Shown here: positions 15,184-24,930 of the stretch, in pieces
How positions within the stretch are numbered: position 1 is the first letter of the stretch
How the letters are laid out: every line of letters begins with the position of its first letter
From: Chrysomallon squamiferum
Taxonomy: Eukaryota; Animalia; Mollusca
NCBI GenBank assembly: GCA_012295275.1
Contig: CM022671.1
Span: 35,402,001 to 35,466,000, forward strand
DNA: 64,000 bases
Reading direction: 5' to 3'
Made by a program: the position numbers and the translations under genes
The notes under the pieces: generated by a model
What the model saw: only the letters and a program-made list of their open reading frames with translations
Databases searched by the model: none
What the model was told of the DNA's origin: nothing

Positions 15184-18068
15184 TTTTCAGAATGTTCTTT
15201 TTGTCATTCAGTGAAATAATATTTAAAATTAATTTCACTTCAGGGTAAAAAAAAAAAAAAATTTTGAAATTGGAGAAACATATTACAAACAGACTATAAC
15301 ATGTTTTAAAGAAGAAAAAAAAAACCTGATTACAAACTGTTGCTGTGCTTTCATAATTAACCAAATGTTGGCTGCTTTCTGTGTACATAACCTCCATGTG
15401 CCTGCTTGGATTATGTTAATTTTCAAATTAAGTTTAGTTCTCTTTTATGAGTTTCTTTGCACTGCCAGTTGCATGTGTTTACGATGATTTATTTCCTTTC
15501 TTTATTACAGGGTTTTCAGATTAAACCAAAAGTCACCACCAACCATGGTGACAGTTTATTTGGTACTAGGTGTTTCTTTTTCAGAGCCCAAAGTGTCAAT
15601 AATGCTGAGTTTTTATTTATTTGTTTATTATTAGTGTTATTATTATTATATATTTTTTTTTTTATTATTATTTTTTTTTTTTAATAGTGTATTTGGGGGG
15701 GTATTGTAAAAATCATTTTGATGTCTTCTAAATATCAAAATAATCCCATATAGTAAACGAATTTTAATGAATATTTATCATTTATCTCAGTATCCCACTT
15801 CAAAACAGCTCATTTTGTCATTTCATAAATAAGTTAGTTGCAGTTTCGATTCCTTTAATTTGTCTGGACCCTATATGAAAACACTTTGAAAGCCCTGTAA
15901 TATCTTCTTCTTCTGGATTTTTTTTTTCTTCTTCTCAGTATTATTTTATTTTATTTGATTATTTATCTATCTATTCAGAGCCCTGTTGAACATTCTCAGT
16001 ATGCAGACCCTTTTGTAGAAAGTAGCAGTTCAGAACTCTCTGACATTCCAGAAGTGGAGGAAGAACTGATTGGCTCTGAGGAATCCAATCAGATTCCAGG
16101 TTACACTGGCCAATCGACCAATCAGGTTAGCTCTTGCATCAACAGAGGGATCTTTCAGTGACTTTTGATAAAACATTTTGCTCTGTTCTTTTCTCAGTAA
16201 AATGTGCATGGACTTTTGAGCTATTTTTTTTTTTTGTGGCTTTGCGTAATATAGCTTTCATTATTATTATTTTTTTTTTTTTCTAATTGTATGACTTAAT
16301 ACAGTTGTTTAAAATTGATTTAGATGTTTATTTATTCAAATTAATACTTTTTTTTTTTTTTTTTTTTTTTTTTGCAGGTTAGTAGACAATATTTATTATT
16401 TACTGAAATTTATTTATTTTAAAAGTTTTATACAGTTTACAGTAGCGTTAATTTAATCTTCAGAGGATATAAAAATTCATTTAGTAAAATACCCCAAATT
16501 TATTTATTTACTTAGATTTTCAGTTTTTTTTTTTAATTATTATTGTTATTTTTGTGGGTTATTTCTATTAGAAACTGTATTTCAGAGTATTCTTCTTTTT
16601 AATACTAACATAGCTTTTTAAAGTGTAGTTTTCTTCTCATTTTTTCTTTTTTTTAAATGTTTTAGAAATAACATCAGTGACTAACAACAAAAACCAGCAC
16701 TGTGTGTTAACTAATTCTATCACCACAAAGCACTTTTTGATGTATTTTTGTTGTAGAAACTGTTCTTATGTCACAGTAAAGTCTTCTCTTGTTTTCAGCG
16801 TAGAGTTTGGTTTCTTGTAAACATAGAAAAACAAACAGAGCAGATATAGCACAAGATGCTTGAACTGTTTTCTTTTGAAAGCACGTCCAAAATTATAAAG
16901 GAAAAGAAAAATATAAACTGCGATTCATTAGATGATAAAATTAATATATTTAGTTTAAAAAAAATTATAAAATAAAATTAAAATTAAAAAGAATTATAAT
17001 ACATGAATATAAAATTAAAAAAAAAGCAAAGAAAATTTTTGTTTTTAACGTTAAAGTAATATCTTTTTAATATATTCAGTTTTATTTTAATTTATTATTA
17101 TTGTATTTTAATTTATTTTATTTTATTTATTTATTTATTTATTTTTCATATTAAGGGAATTGTTATTTTTGAATAAATTCAAGGTTAAAATAAAATAAAA
17201 TAAATAAAATATTAACTTACTACCATAAATGCTTTTTACTGTATAAACTGCATGTTTTTATAAATGTCAGTTTGAAAGCTTGTTTTAAATTACCTGCAGT
17301 AACATTTTTTAGTAATGTATTTTTGTAAAACAAAGATAATTAGTTTTTGTTTTGTAATTTTAAATACATTTAAAAAATTTATTTTATTTTTAAATTTACT
17401 TTTAAATTTATTTATTATGATTGTAATATAGTTAGGTTTTGTCTTCAAATTACATTTTTATTTTATTTTATTTTATTTTATTTATTTATATATCCATTCA
17501 TTCATTTATTTTATTTTATTATATTTTATTTTAATTATTTATTTATTATTATTTTTATTTTCATTTATTTTATAATTTATAATTTTTATTTATTTATTTA
17601 TTTATTTATTTTATTTTATTTTATTATTATATTTTTTTTTTTTTACTTTATATTTATTACAGATATTTGAGAAATGTAATTTTTGATAAACTAATAACAG
17701 CTTTGGTCAGCCCTGACCATTGGCTACTGCTGCAGTTCAAACCTGCAGAGTTTAAAACAGTTTACTTGAGTTAATTTGTCTTAATGACCATTCACATATG
17801 TAAATTTAACTGTCTTAATTAAACTGTAAAATTTTATCACCACTTGAACAGCTTACTATTTGATTTCAAATTCAGTTACATTATCTTAAAGCTCTCTATT
17901 TAAATCATTTTTTGAATGATGAACTGATAGAGAAAACAATCTATGATCTATATTTATTCATGTATAATTAGAAATATTTATATTTCTAAATTGTAAATAA
18001 AATTATATTTTTATACAGTGTTAAAAAGTAATAAAATAATCCCTTTATTACTTTTAATTTAATCTCAT

Positions 18069-18107
<39 letters not shown>

Positions 18108-21100
18108 TTTTAATTATTAGTGTTTTGGATATTTTTTTTTTTTTTTCATTATTAAGTTTAATTTTTTGTCTTATTTATTTGTTTATTTCACAAAAGATAG
18201 TGGGAAAAAAAAAATGAAATGTTTTTAATTTAAAAATTTGAAATTAGCTGTGGTGAATTTTAAAAGAAATAAAATTATTATTATTATTATTTTTTTTTTT
18301 TTACAGTTATTATCATTTAATACATTTTACAGTGGTGTGTGTTAAATTAAATGCATATTCTTATTTTACAACAGTAAGTTAAAATTTTTACTAAATTTTA
18401 TTTCTATGTAAGTAATTCTGTTTCCATGGTTACAGCAGCAGGACAAACAGCTGTCACCTCAACCGGCTCCTCGAACTATTCGGTTGAGTCCAAGCCCAGC
18501 ACCTCATCAACCACAACGCAGCATTCCTGCCATTGGTTTGTTTTACACGTTTCTTTCTTAAATACTAATGATGATTACTGAAGAATTTTTTTTAAAATAA
18601 CTTTTTTTAATTTTAATTTTTTTTTTTTTTTTTTTGTTTCTTAATAATAGGAAATTAAGTAGGTTTAGAATTTTTTTATTTCTTTTTCATTTTTATTAAT
18701 TGTAGCAATCAGAATTTTTTTTTTTTTATTTATTTGTTTGCTTATTTTTTTTATTCGTTTATTTGTTTGTTTGTTTATTTATTTATTTATTTATTTATTT
18801 ATTTTACTTCTTTATGTCATATTATTTATTTTATTATTTTCTTCGTAAGTATTTCTGCTTGTCTGTTAGTAAGAGCATTTAAATTATAACTTTGCTTTTT
18901 GCTTAAGTTTTTTTATTTGTATGAGAAATTCATGCAGTGAATTTATATTTTTATTTTATTTTCATATTGTGTAATATATTGTTTTCTATTATTATTGTTT
19001 TTACCTTTATTATTATTTATTTAGTTATTATTATTATTTTTTTTTAATGTAGAAATCCATGCATTTTTAAATATTTTATTTTTATTTTTAAACCAACCAG
19101 ATTAATTAAGTAAATTTAAATTTAATTTTTTTAAATTAACCAATTTATTTAGTTATTATTAATTACCTGATAATTTCAGAAATAACCAGGGACAGCAGTT
19201 CAGAAAGGGGGACATCGTTTGAGGAGGACTTAGATCCCGTCAAAGTCACAAAACAAACATCACCCTCTGACAATCACGAAATCATTCCCAGCAGAAAAAC
19301 ACCCCCTGGTAGCATTCCATCCACTCACAGGAACGCCACACCCCAACACTCTACCCCCCACAGAACCACCCCTGAAGTGAAAGCACGCTCCCCTGGCTCA
19401 CCGAAATATGCTATGAATGCAGATGGCAGAGAAGGATTCAGAGAGAAAAACGTTAATGTGAAAAATGACGGTCAAAATGCAAATTACAGATTACCTAGAC
19501 ATTCCACGAGTCCCACGAAAAGTCCACAAGAGGCTGGTTTCCATAGCAACAAGGCTGTTGACGGCGGGGCCGGAATGAGGCCCGTTTCTCTGAACGACTC
19601 CGAGGACTACGACGACAACTGTGACGTCGACTCGATATCAGGGGAGATAAATCCGCCGATTGACGACAACAAAAAGCGTCTGTTTGTGGCCCTGTTTGAC
19701 TACGAGCCGTCTGTCATGTCACCAAACACTGACGCACTCGATGAGGAGCTTCCGTTCAGAGAGGGACAAATCTTAACAGTAAGTCAGTCTTCATCTTAAC
19801 AGTAAATCAGTCTTCATCTTAACAGTAAGTCAGTCTTCATCTTAACAGTAAGTCAGTCTTCATCTTAACAGTCAGTCAGTCTTCATCTTAACAGTAAGTC
19901 AGTCTACTTCATCTTAACAGTAAGTCAGTCTTCGTCTTAACAGTCAGTCAGTCTTCATCTTAACAGTAAGTCAGTCTTCGTCTTAACAGTAAGTCAGTCT
20001 TCGTCTTAACAGTAAGTCAGTCTTCATCTTAACAGTAAGTCAGTCTTCGTCTTAACAGTAAGTCAGTCTTCGTCTTAACAGTAAGTCAGTCTTCGTCTTA
20101 ACAGTCAGTCAGAGTTCATCTTAACAGTCAGTCAGAATTCATCTTAACAGTAAGTCAGTGTTCATCTTAACAGTAAGTCAGTCTTCATCTTAACAGTAAG
20201 TCAGTCTTCATCTTAACAGTAAGTGAGTCTTCATCTTAACAGTCAGTCAGAGTTCGTCTTAACAGTAAGTGAGTCTTCATCTTAACAGTAAGTCAGTGTT
20301 CATCTTAACAGTAAGTCAGTCTTCATCTTAACAGTAAGTCAGTCTTCATCTGGGATTTTACAAAACACTGTGTGTAAGCTGTATTATGTTCTTAAAACGT
20401 TTGTGTGTGAAATTATTATATATTGCAACAGTACTAGTATTATTATTATCATTGTAATTTTTATTTTTTATTATTATTATGATTATTATTATTATTATCA
20501 TTGTTGTTGGTATTGTGATTATAATTTTATTATTATTATCGATGTTATTATTATTATTATTATTATTACTACTACTACAGATATATGGGGAGAAAGATGC
20601 TGACGGGTTTTACCGAGGTGAGTGCAATGGGAGAACGGGTTATGTCCCTTGCAACATGGTGTCTGAAATTCACATTGATGACCCGAGCCTTATAGACGAA
20701 CTTCTTAAAGAAAGTTCTGACCAACCAAGATCACCTTTGTCTTCAGGTAGGTGTCATTTTATTTGTTTATTTATTTATTTAGTTAGTTAGGCATGACAGA
20801 AAGAGATATTTAGGGGAGAGAAAGATTAACTGGCTGAAATTAATTTGAAAAAATAATATCAGAATATTTATTTTTAATTATTTTTAATTACATAAAGGGA
20901 GATAAAACATAAGTTAATATAGGTTTTATGTATCTCTGTTACTGCTTTCTAAATTTTAATTCTGTAGATATTAATTAGAAGCAAAAAACCCCCCAAAATG
21001 TATCAATTATACATAAAAAAAGAATGAAATATTTTTTTTTAATTGAGCTAAAAGGAAAGCTGAATATATAAAACAAAAAAACCCCAAATAAAAAAAACAA

Positions 21101-21894
21101 TAACAAAAAATAAATAAAAGGTGGATTTATTTCAGACAAAACGTACTCTGTGAAGGCAGAAATCAACCATCAACCACAAGACCACCTCACCCCTAACGGA
21201 ATCTCCTCAGTGCCGTCAGAGGGCGCTGTCAGACAGATGCTGGCTTTGTACGACTACGACCCTCAGGAACTCTCTCCAAACGTTGATGCAGAAGTCAGTT
21301 TACACTTTCTGTCTTTTTTCAGTTTTTATTTATTTATTTATTTTTTTTTTTTTTTTTTTTTTTTTTGTTTTGTGTATAAAAGATAATGTGTTTTTAAAAG
21401 ATATCATTACAAAGAATGTTGCTTTAGTTGTTGTTTTTTTGTGAATATTTCTCTTCCCTTTTTTTTTATTGTTTCTTTTTCCTTTCTTTCAGTTTTTCAA
21501 TTTCTTTGTTCATTTTTCTTCTTCTTTTTTTTCTTTTCTTTTCTGTTTTTTTTTTTTTTTTTCTAAGAGTTATCGTTATTATTCTCTTCATTTATAATCA
21601 TCTTTTTTATTTCTTATTTGTTATTTTTTTAAATATTTTTACCAATTTAGATTTTTCATTTTAGTCAGTACATTTGAATTATTTATCTATTTTATTTTTT
21701 TTTTTCACTTCTTTTATTTCTTTACTTATTTATTTATATTTATTTATCTGTTTATTTTTTAATATTTATTTTAATTACCTATTTACTTATTTATTTACTT
21801 ATTTGCTTATTTATTTATTTATTTACTTATTTATTTATTTATTTATTTACTTATTTATTTATTTACTTATTTACTTATTTATTTATTTATTTAC

Positions 21895-21937
<43 letters not shown>

Positions 21938-22026
21938 CTTATTTACTTATTTATTTATTTACTTATTTAGTTATTTACTTATTTATTTATATATTTATTT
22001 ATTTATTTATATATTTATTTATATAT

Positions 22027-22061
<35 letters not shown>

Positions 22062-22726
22062 TTTTATTTTATTTATTTAATTAGTAACTCATTCATTCCC
22101 TCATTTCAGCTTGAGATCAACTTCAAAGCTGGAGATATAATCACAGTGTACGGGGAGATGGACGAGGATGGATTCTACCGCGGGGAGTGCAATGGTATCC
22201 GTGGATACGTTCCCTCCAACTTCCTGCAGGAGATCCCCACCGCGATGTCCTGACGACGATGTGCTGGAGAGTGCCAGCATGGTGTCGCCGTCGAGGTCAG
22301 GGGAGAGTATTAGCGCAGTGTCGCGACACTCAGACGCTTACAATAACGTAGGTGACGATTTGTCTGATATGCATGTGAGTCAACGTCCTCCTCCTTGTGG
22401 CTCAGATGCGGGTAATTCCTGCTTGTAGATGTGCACTTTCACTTTCACTTTCACTTTCAGTTTAAGTTCAGTTGACACGTTTTGTTCTGTTTTGTTTTGT
22501 TTTCTTTAAGATGTTTTGTTTTGTGTGGATGTTTAGTTTTAAGTTTTTTTTAAATTTTTAATTTTTGTTCTTTCATTTTTTTTTATATATATATATATAT
22601 TAAATTGATTATTATTTATTTAATTCTTGTATATTTTTATTGATTTATTTTATTTTATTTTATTTTATTTTTTTTTTTTTTACTTTATTTTTATTTATTT
22701 TTTTTTTTTATTTTTTTTTTTTTTAT

Positions 22727-22764
<38 letters not shown>

Positions 22765-23352
22765 CAGTTTTAGGTTTCAGTTTTCATTCTGTTTAGAATT
22801 TTCATTTTTCTTCTTTCAGTTGGTGTTGTTTTTCAGAATTAACAAGATTTTTTGTTTTGCTTTGCTTTTTTGTAAATCATTTAAAATATAATTTAATTTA
22901 AAATAGTTGAAAAGTGTGTGTATGTGTGTATATTGTATTATTTTAAAGCTATTATAATTTTAATGATTTTTATTGTTTACATTTTATTATTTTTATGTTT
23001 TATGGTTATTACTGTTATTATTGTTATTACTGTTATAGTTATTATTTATTTATTTATTTACTTACTTTTTTTTTTAAGAAAATATATCCTTAGTTGTTAA
23101 AATAAACAGAGAAATATATCATTTTATTTCTACTTAAAAACAAAAAACAAAACAAAACAAAACAAATTTTGTGTGAATATGTTTATAACCTTTAAAATGT
23201 TTTTAATGCCTAGCATTTATTTTTCAAAAATGACATCACATCACTTAAATCTTTGAATTTAAAAAAGAGAAATGAAAATAGATTTTAAAATGTGAATTTT
23301 GTTATCCTTTCCACCTGCATGTCTGACAATGTCACCCTGATACCTGTGTTAG

Positions 23353-23398
<46 letters not shown>

Positions 23399-24323
23399 TA
23401 TATATATATAGATAGATAGATAGAGGTGTCTGTGTATATATGTATATATAGATATAGTTATAGCTATAGATATAGATGTGCATACACATACATACATACC
23501 CTGAACACATATATATGTAGCCTATATTTCCTGACATACCTACTTTAGTCGTCCCTTTGTGCATTATCATCAGTATTTTATTAAGTATCAAAAATAGGTA
23601 AACCAGTGACATAATGTATGGAAACAAAATAAAATAAAAAAAAAACAAAAAAAAAAAAAACATACAAACATACGTAAAATACAGTTGAATAACATTGTTT
23701 TGTTATTGTGTTTTTTTGCAATTTGTTTTTTTATTAGTGATATTTTTTTAATTATTTCAAAATTTTAATTAACTAGTTCATCTTTTAGTGATATTTTATA
23801 CTAAAAGCCTAAATTAATTTTGTCTTGTTCAGTATGATTGTTTTGTTACTTACCTCTAACCTTTGTTAATCATAAAAAAGAAACAGGTTGTTTTAAATTA
23901 ACACTGTTGTTGTAACAAGTTCAACAAATTATTATAATAAAATAAATATTTAATAAAAATAGGTTTATTTTCAAATGAATACTGTTGTTATAACAAGTAC
24001 AACATATTATAAATAAAATAAATATTTAATAAAACTAGGTTTATTTTAAATGAATACTGTTGTTGTAACAAGTACAACATGTTAATACATGCTGATTGAT
24101 AACAGTGTGTTAACTCTGTTTAATCATGTGTTTCAATGTATTACTTCAGATTGGAGTGGAACCGACCTCGCCACAGAGAGACACCATAACCCTGGACCCA
24201 GTGATTCCCCTGTCCACACATTCCAGCACCCCCAGTCAGGTGAACACCCAGGACGAAGGCAAAAAGAAAAAAGGAGGAATTTTGAATAGAGGCAGAAATA
24301 TCTTTAAAAAACTTGCTAGATAG
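2129..24323 (+). CDS. RIMBP2: RIMS-binding protein (RIM-BP2-like), 5'-partial multi-exon gene span: SH3-I, 3x FN3, SH3-II, SH3-III, basic C-terminal tail
   Basis: About 20 GT-AG exons join in consistent phase. Family motifs: [46 protein letters not shown]3 repeats, [72 protein letters not shown]. Two exons need a +1 frame correction. Confidence 0.95.
2665..2847 (+). CDS. RIMBP2: RIM-BP exon, first half of SH3-I
   Basis: [46 protein letters not shown]; ttttcag| and |gtcagt. Confidence 0.95.
3715..3790 (+). CDS. RIMBP2: RIM-BP exon, second half of SH3-I
   Basis: [25 protein letters not shown]; tttcag| and G|gtaaac. Confidence 0.95.
3957..4080 (+). CDS. RIMBP2: RIM-BP linker exon with in-frame TGA (4046-4048) and one extra base (124 nt)
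   Basis: ttccag| acceptor; frame 0 [30 protein letters not shown], +1 frame [12 protein letters not shown]|gtctct donor in phase 1 (weak donor). Confidence 0.65.
5182..5283 (+). CDS. RIMBP2: RIM-BP linker exon (alternative in-phase acceptor at 5191)
   Basis: [34 protein letters not shown]; GC-rich island, phase 1-1, G|gtcagt. Confidence 0.7.
6310..6410 (+). mobile_element. decayed SINE-like fragment with tRNA A-box-like head
   Basis: gtataggtcagtggttaaag (A-box-like), then tttcccattcta..tgact..aaaagtc. Confidence 0.3.
7871..8064 (+). CDS. RIMBP2: RIM-BP exon, FN3-1
   Basis: [39 protein letters not shown]; ccccag| and |gtgagt. Confidence 0.93.
8449..8527 (+). CDS. RIMBP2: RIM-BP exon, end of FN3-1
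   Basis: [26 protein letters not shown]; tttcag| and G|gtaaaa. Confidence 0.9.
9695..9856 (+). CDS. RIMBP2: RIM-BP exon, FN3-2
   Basis: [41 protein letters not shown]; ttgtag| and G|gtaaca. Confidence 0.93.
10259..10372 (+). CDS. RIMBP2: RIM-BP exon, end of FN3-2
   Basis: [26 protein letters not shown]; phase 1-1. Confidence 0.9.
10695..10965. repeat. about 70-bp tandem repeat, 4 copies, ending 9 nt before a RIM-BP acceptor
   Basis: agaaatg..gatactatattctaaacatctatcacagataagtaattgtctcttataac. Confidence 0.9.
10975..11151 (+). CDS. RIMBP2: RIM-BP exon, FN3-3
   Basis: [47 protein letters not shown]; A|gtgagt. Confidence 0.95.
11745..11938 (+). CDS. RIMBP2: RIM-BP exon, end of FN3-3
   Basis: [33 protein letters not shown]..; AAG|gtaagt. 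Confidence 0.92.
12732..12814. promoter_or_regulatory. paired RFX X-boxes with an intervening CCAAT (ATTGG) in a RIM-BP intron
   Basis: GTTGCTATAGAAAC 12732-12745, ATTGG 12761-12765, GTTGCTAGGCAAC 12802-12814. Confidence 0.5.
12742..12774 (+). CDS. RIMBP2: candidate 33-nt cassette micro-exon ([11 protein letters not shown])
   Basis: pyrimidine tract + ctatag| and AAG|gtataa, phase 0-0, stop-free; no homology support. Confidence 0.4.
13849..13959 (+). CDS. RIMBP2: RIM-BP linker exon ([16 protein letters not shown])
   Basis: GC-rich open island, phase 0-0, |gtgggt donor. Confidence 0.65.
15979..16125 (+). CDS. RIMBP2: RIM-BP exon with [12 protein letters not shown] motif
   Basis: attcag| and CAG|gttagc; acidic motif resembles the LSDIxEE motif of RIM-BPs. 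Confidence 0.88.
18436..18535 (+). CDS. RIMBP2: RIM-BP Pro-rich exon ending RSIPAI; tandem CAGCAGCAG acceptor
   Basis: open frame, G|gtttgt; joins the next exon to give SIPAIEITRDS. Confidence 0.82.
19180..19778 (+). CDS. RIMBP2: RIM-BP long exon, linker plus start of SH3-II
   Basis: [11 protein letters not shown]...[34 protein letters not shown]; ACA|gtaagt. Confidence 0.95.
19770..20351 (+). repeat. 23-bp tandem array (about 25 copies) ATCTTAACA|GTAAGTCAGTCTTC spanning a RIM-BP splice donor
   Basis: Direct reading; the first unit is the true exon-intron junction. Confidence 0.97.
20581..20746 (+). CDS. RIMBP2: RIM-BP exon, second half of SH3-II
   Basis: [30 protein letters not shown]; G|gtaggt. 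Confidence 0.95.
21136..21293 (+). CDS. RIMBP2: RIM-BP exon, start of SH3-III
   Basis: [21 protein letters not shown]; |gtcagt. Confidence 0.95.
22110..22374 (+). CDS. RIMBP2: RIM-BP exon, end of SH3-III plus tail; in-frame TGA at 22251-22253, continues in +1 frame (265 nt = 3n+1)
   Basis: [47 protein letters not shown], then +1 frame [22 protein letters not shown]|gtgagt. Confidence 0.85.
23885..24080. repeat. about 76-bp tandem repeat, 2.5 copies, upstream of the last RIM-BP exon
   Basis: actgttgttgtaacaagtacaaca occurs three times with small variations. Confidence 0.8.
24150..24323 (+). CDS. RIMBP2: RIM-BP terminal coding exon, TAG stop
   Basis: cttcag|[29 protein letters not shown]; resembles the basic KKGLLSKGKKLFK-type tail I recall from long vertebrate RIM-BP2 isoforms. 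Confidence 0.85.
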   Translation: MGVEPTSPQRDTITLDPVIPLSTHSSTPSQVNTQDEGKKKKGGILNRGRNIFKKLAR

Positions 24324-24713
24324 CATTCGAGTTTCCTCTTCAGATTCACCAGACAAAGTTTCTTTTCCACATTTGTGATATAAAGGGATGTTTCAAAAAA
24401 AAAAACCTCTTTGTTATGGAAACAAAAAAAACAGTGTAAAATATAAAAGATGTTATAAAAGATGTTAATTTCTCAGGAGAATCTAAACAAACAGTGTATA
24501 AAAAGATATTCAAGTGTTTTGTACAGTTTATTGTGTGTGTGAAAGACACACAGAGATTTAAAACACAGAATTACCAAATGTGCTGTGAGCCTTTCTTCCA
24601 TGCTGCTAGAAGAATTTTATAACTTTTCAACACAAGAAGCACAAATAACTGATCATGTGAACTTGTTTTCATAGTCACCATAAATGTGTTGTGTGTGACT
24701 CTTCCATAAATCA

Positions 24714-24930
24714 GCATACAGGTAAAAACCAGGTGTACAGGTAAAAACTAGCTGTAACCAGGTGTACAGACAAAACCAGGTATACAGGTAGAAATGAGGT
24801 GTACAGGTAAAAACCAAGTATAGAGGTTAAAACCAGATATACAGGTCAAAATGAGGTACAAAAGGTATACAGGTAGAAACCAAATGTACAGGCAGAAACC
24901 AGGTATGTAGGTTGAAACCAAGTATACGGA
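24714..24930. repeat. degenerate 19-20-bp repeat (TACAGGTAAAAACCAGGTG) in the RIM-BP 3' UTR
   Basis: about 10 imperfect copies. Confidence 0.75.

Noticed and set aside
15511-15570. Possible extra RIM-BP micro-exon ([12 protein letters not shown])
   Set aside because: Good acceptor, but no convincing donor in the required phase 0.
19770-20351. Recursive splice sites in the 23-bp array
   Set aside because: AG and GT share one G (ACAGTAAGT), so use as an acceptor would destroy the donor.
22251-22316. Stop readthrough or selenocysteine at the UGA
   Set aside because: Frame 0 closes at a UAG 21 codons later and cannot reach the terminal exon; I recognised no SECIS.
2129-24323. RIM-BP as a pseudogene
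   Set aside because: All SH3 and FN3 exons and their splice sites are intact; the two lesions lie outside the folded domains.
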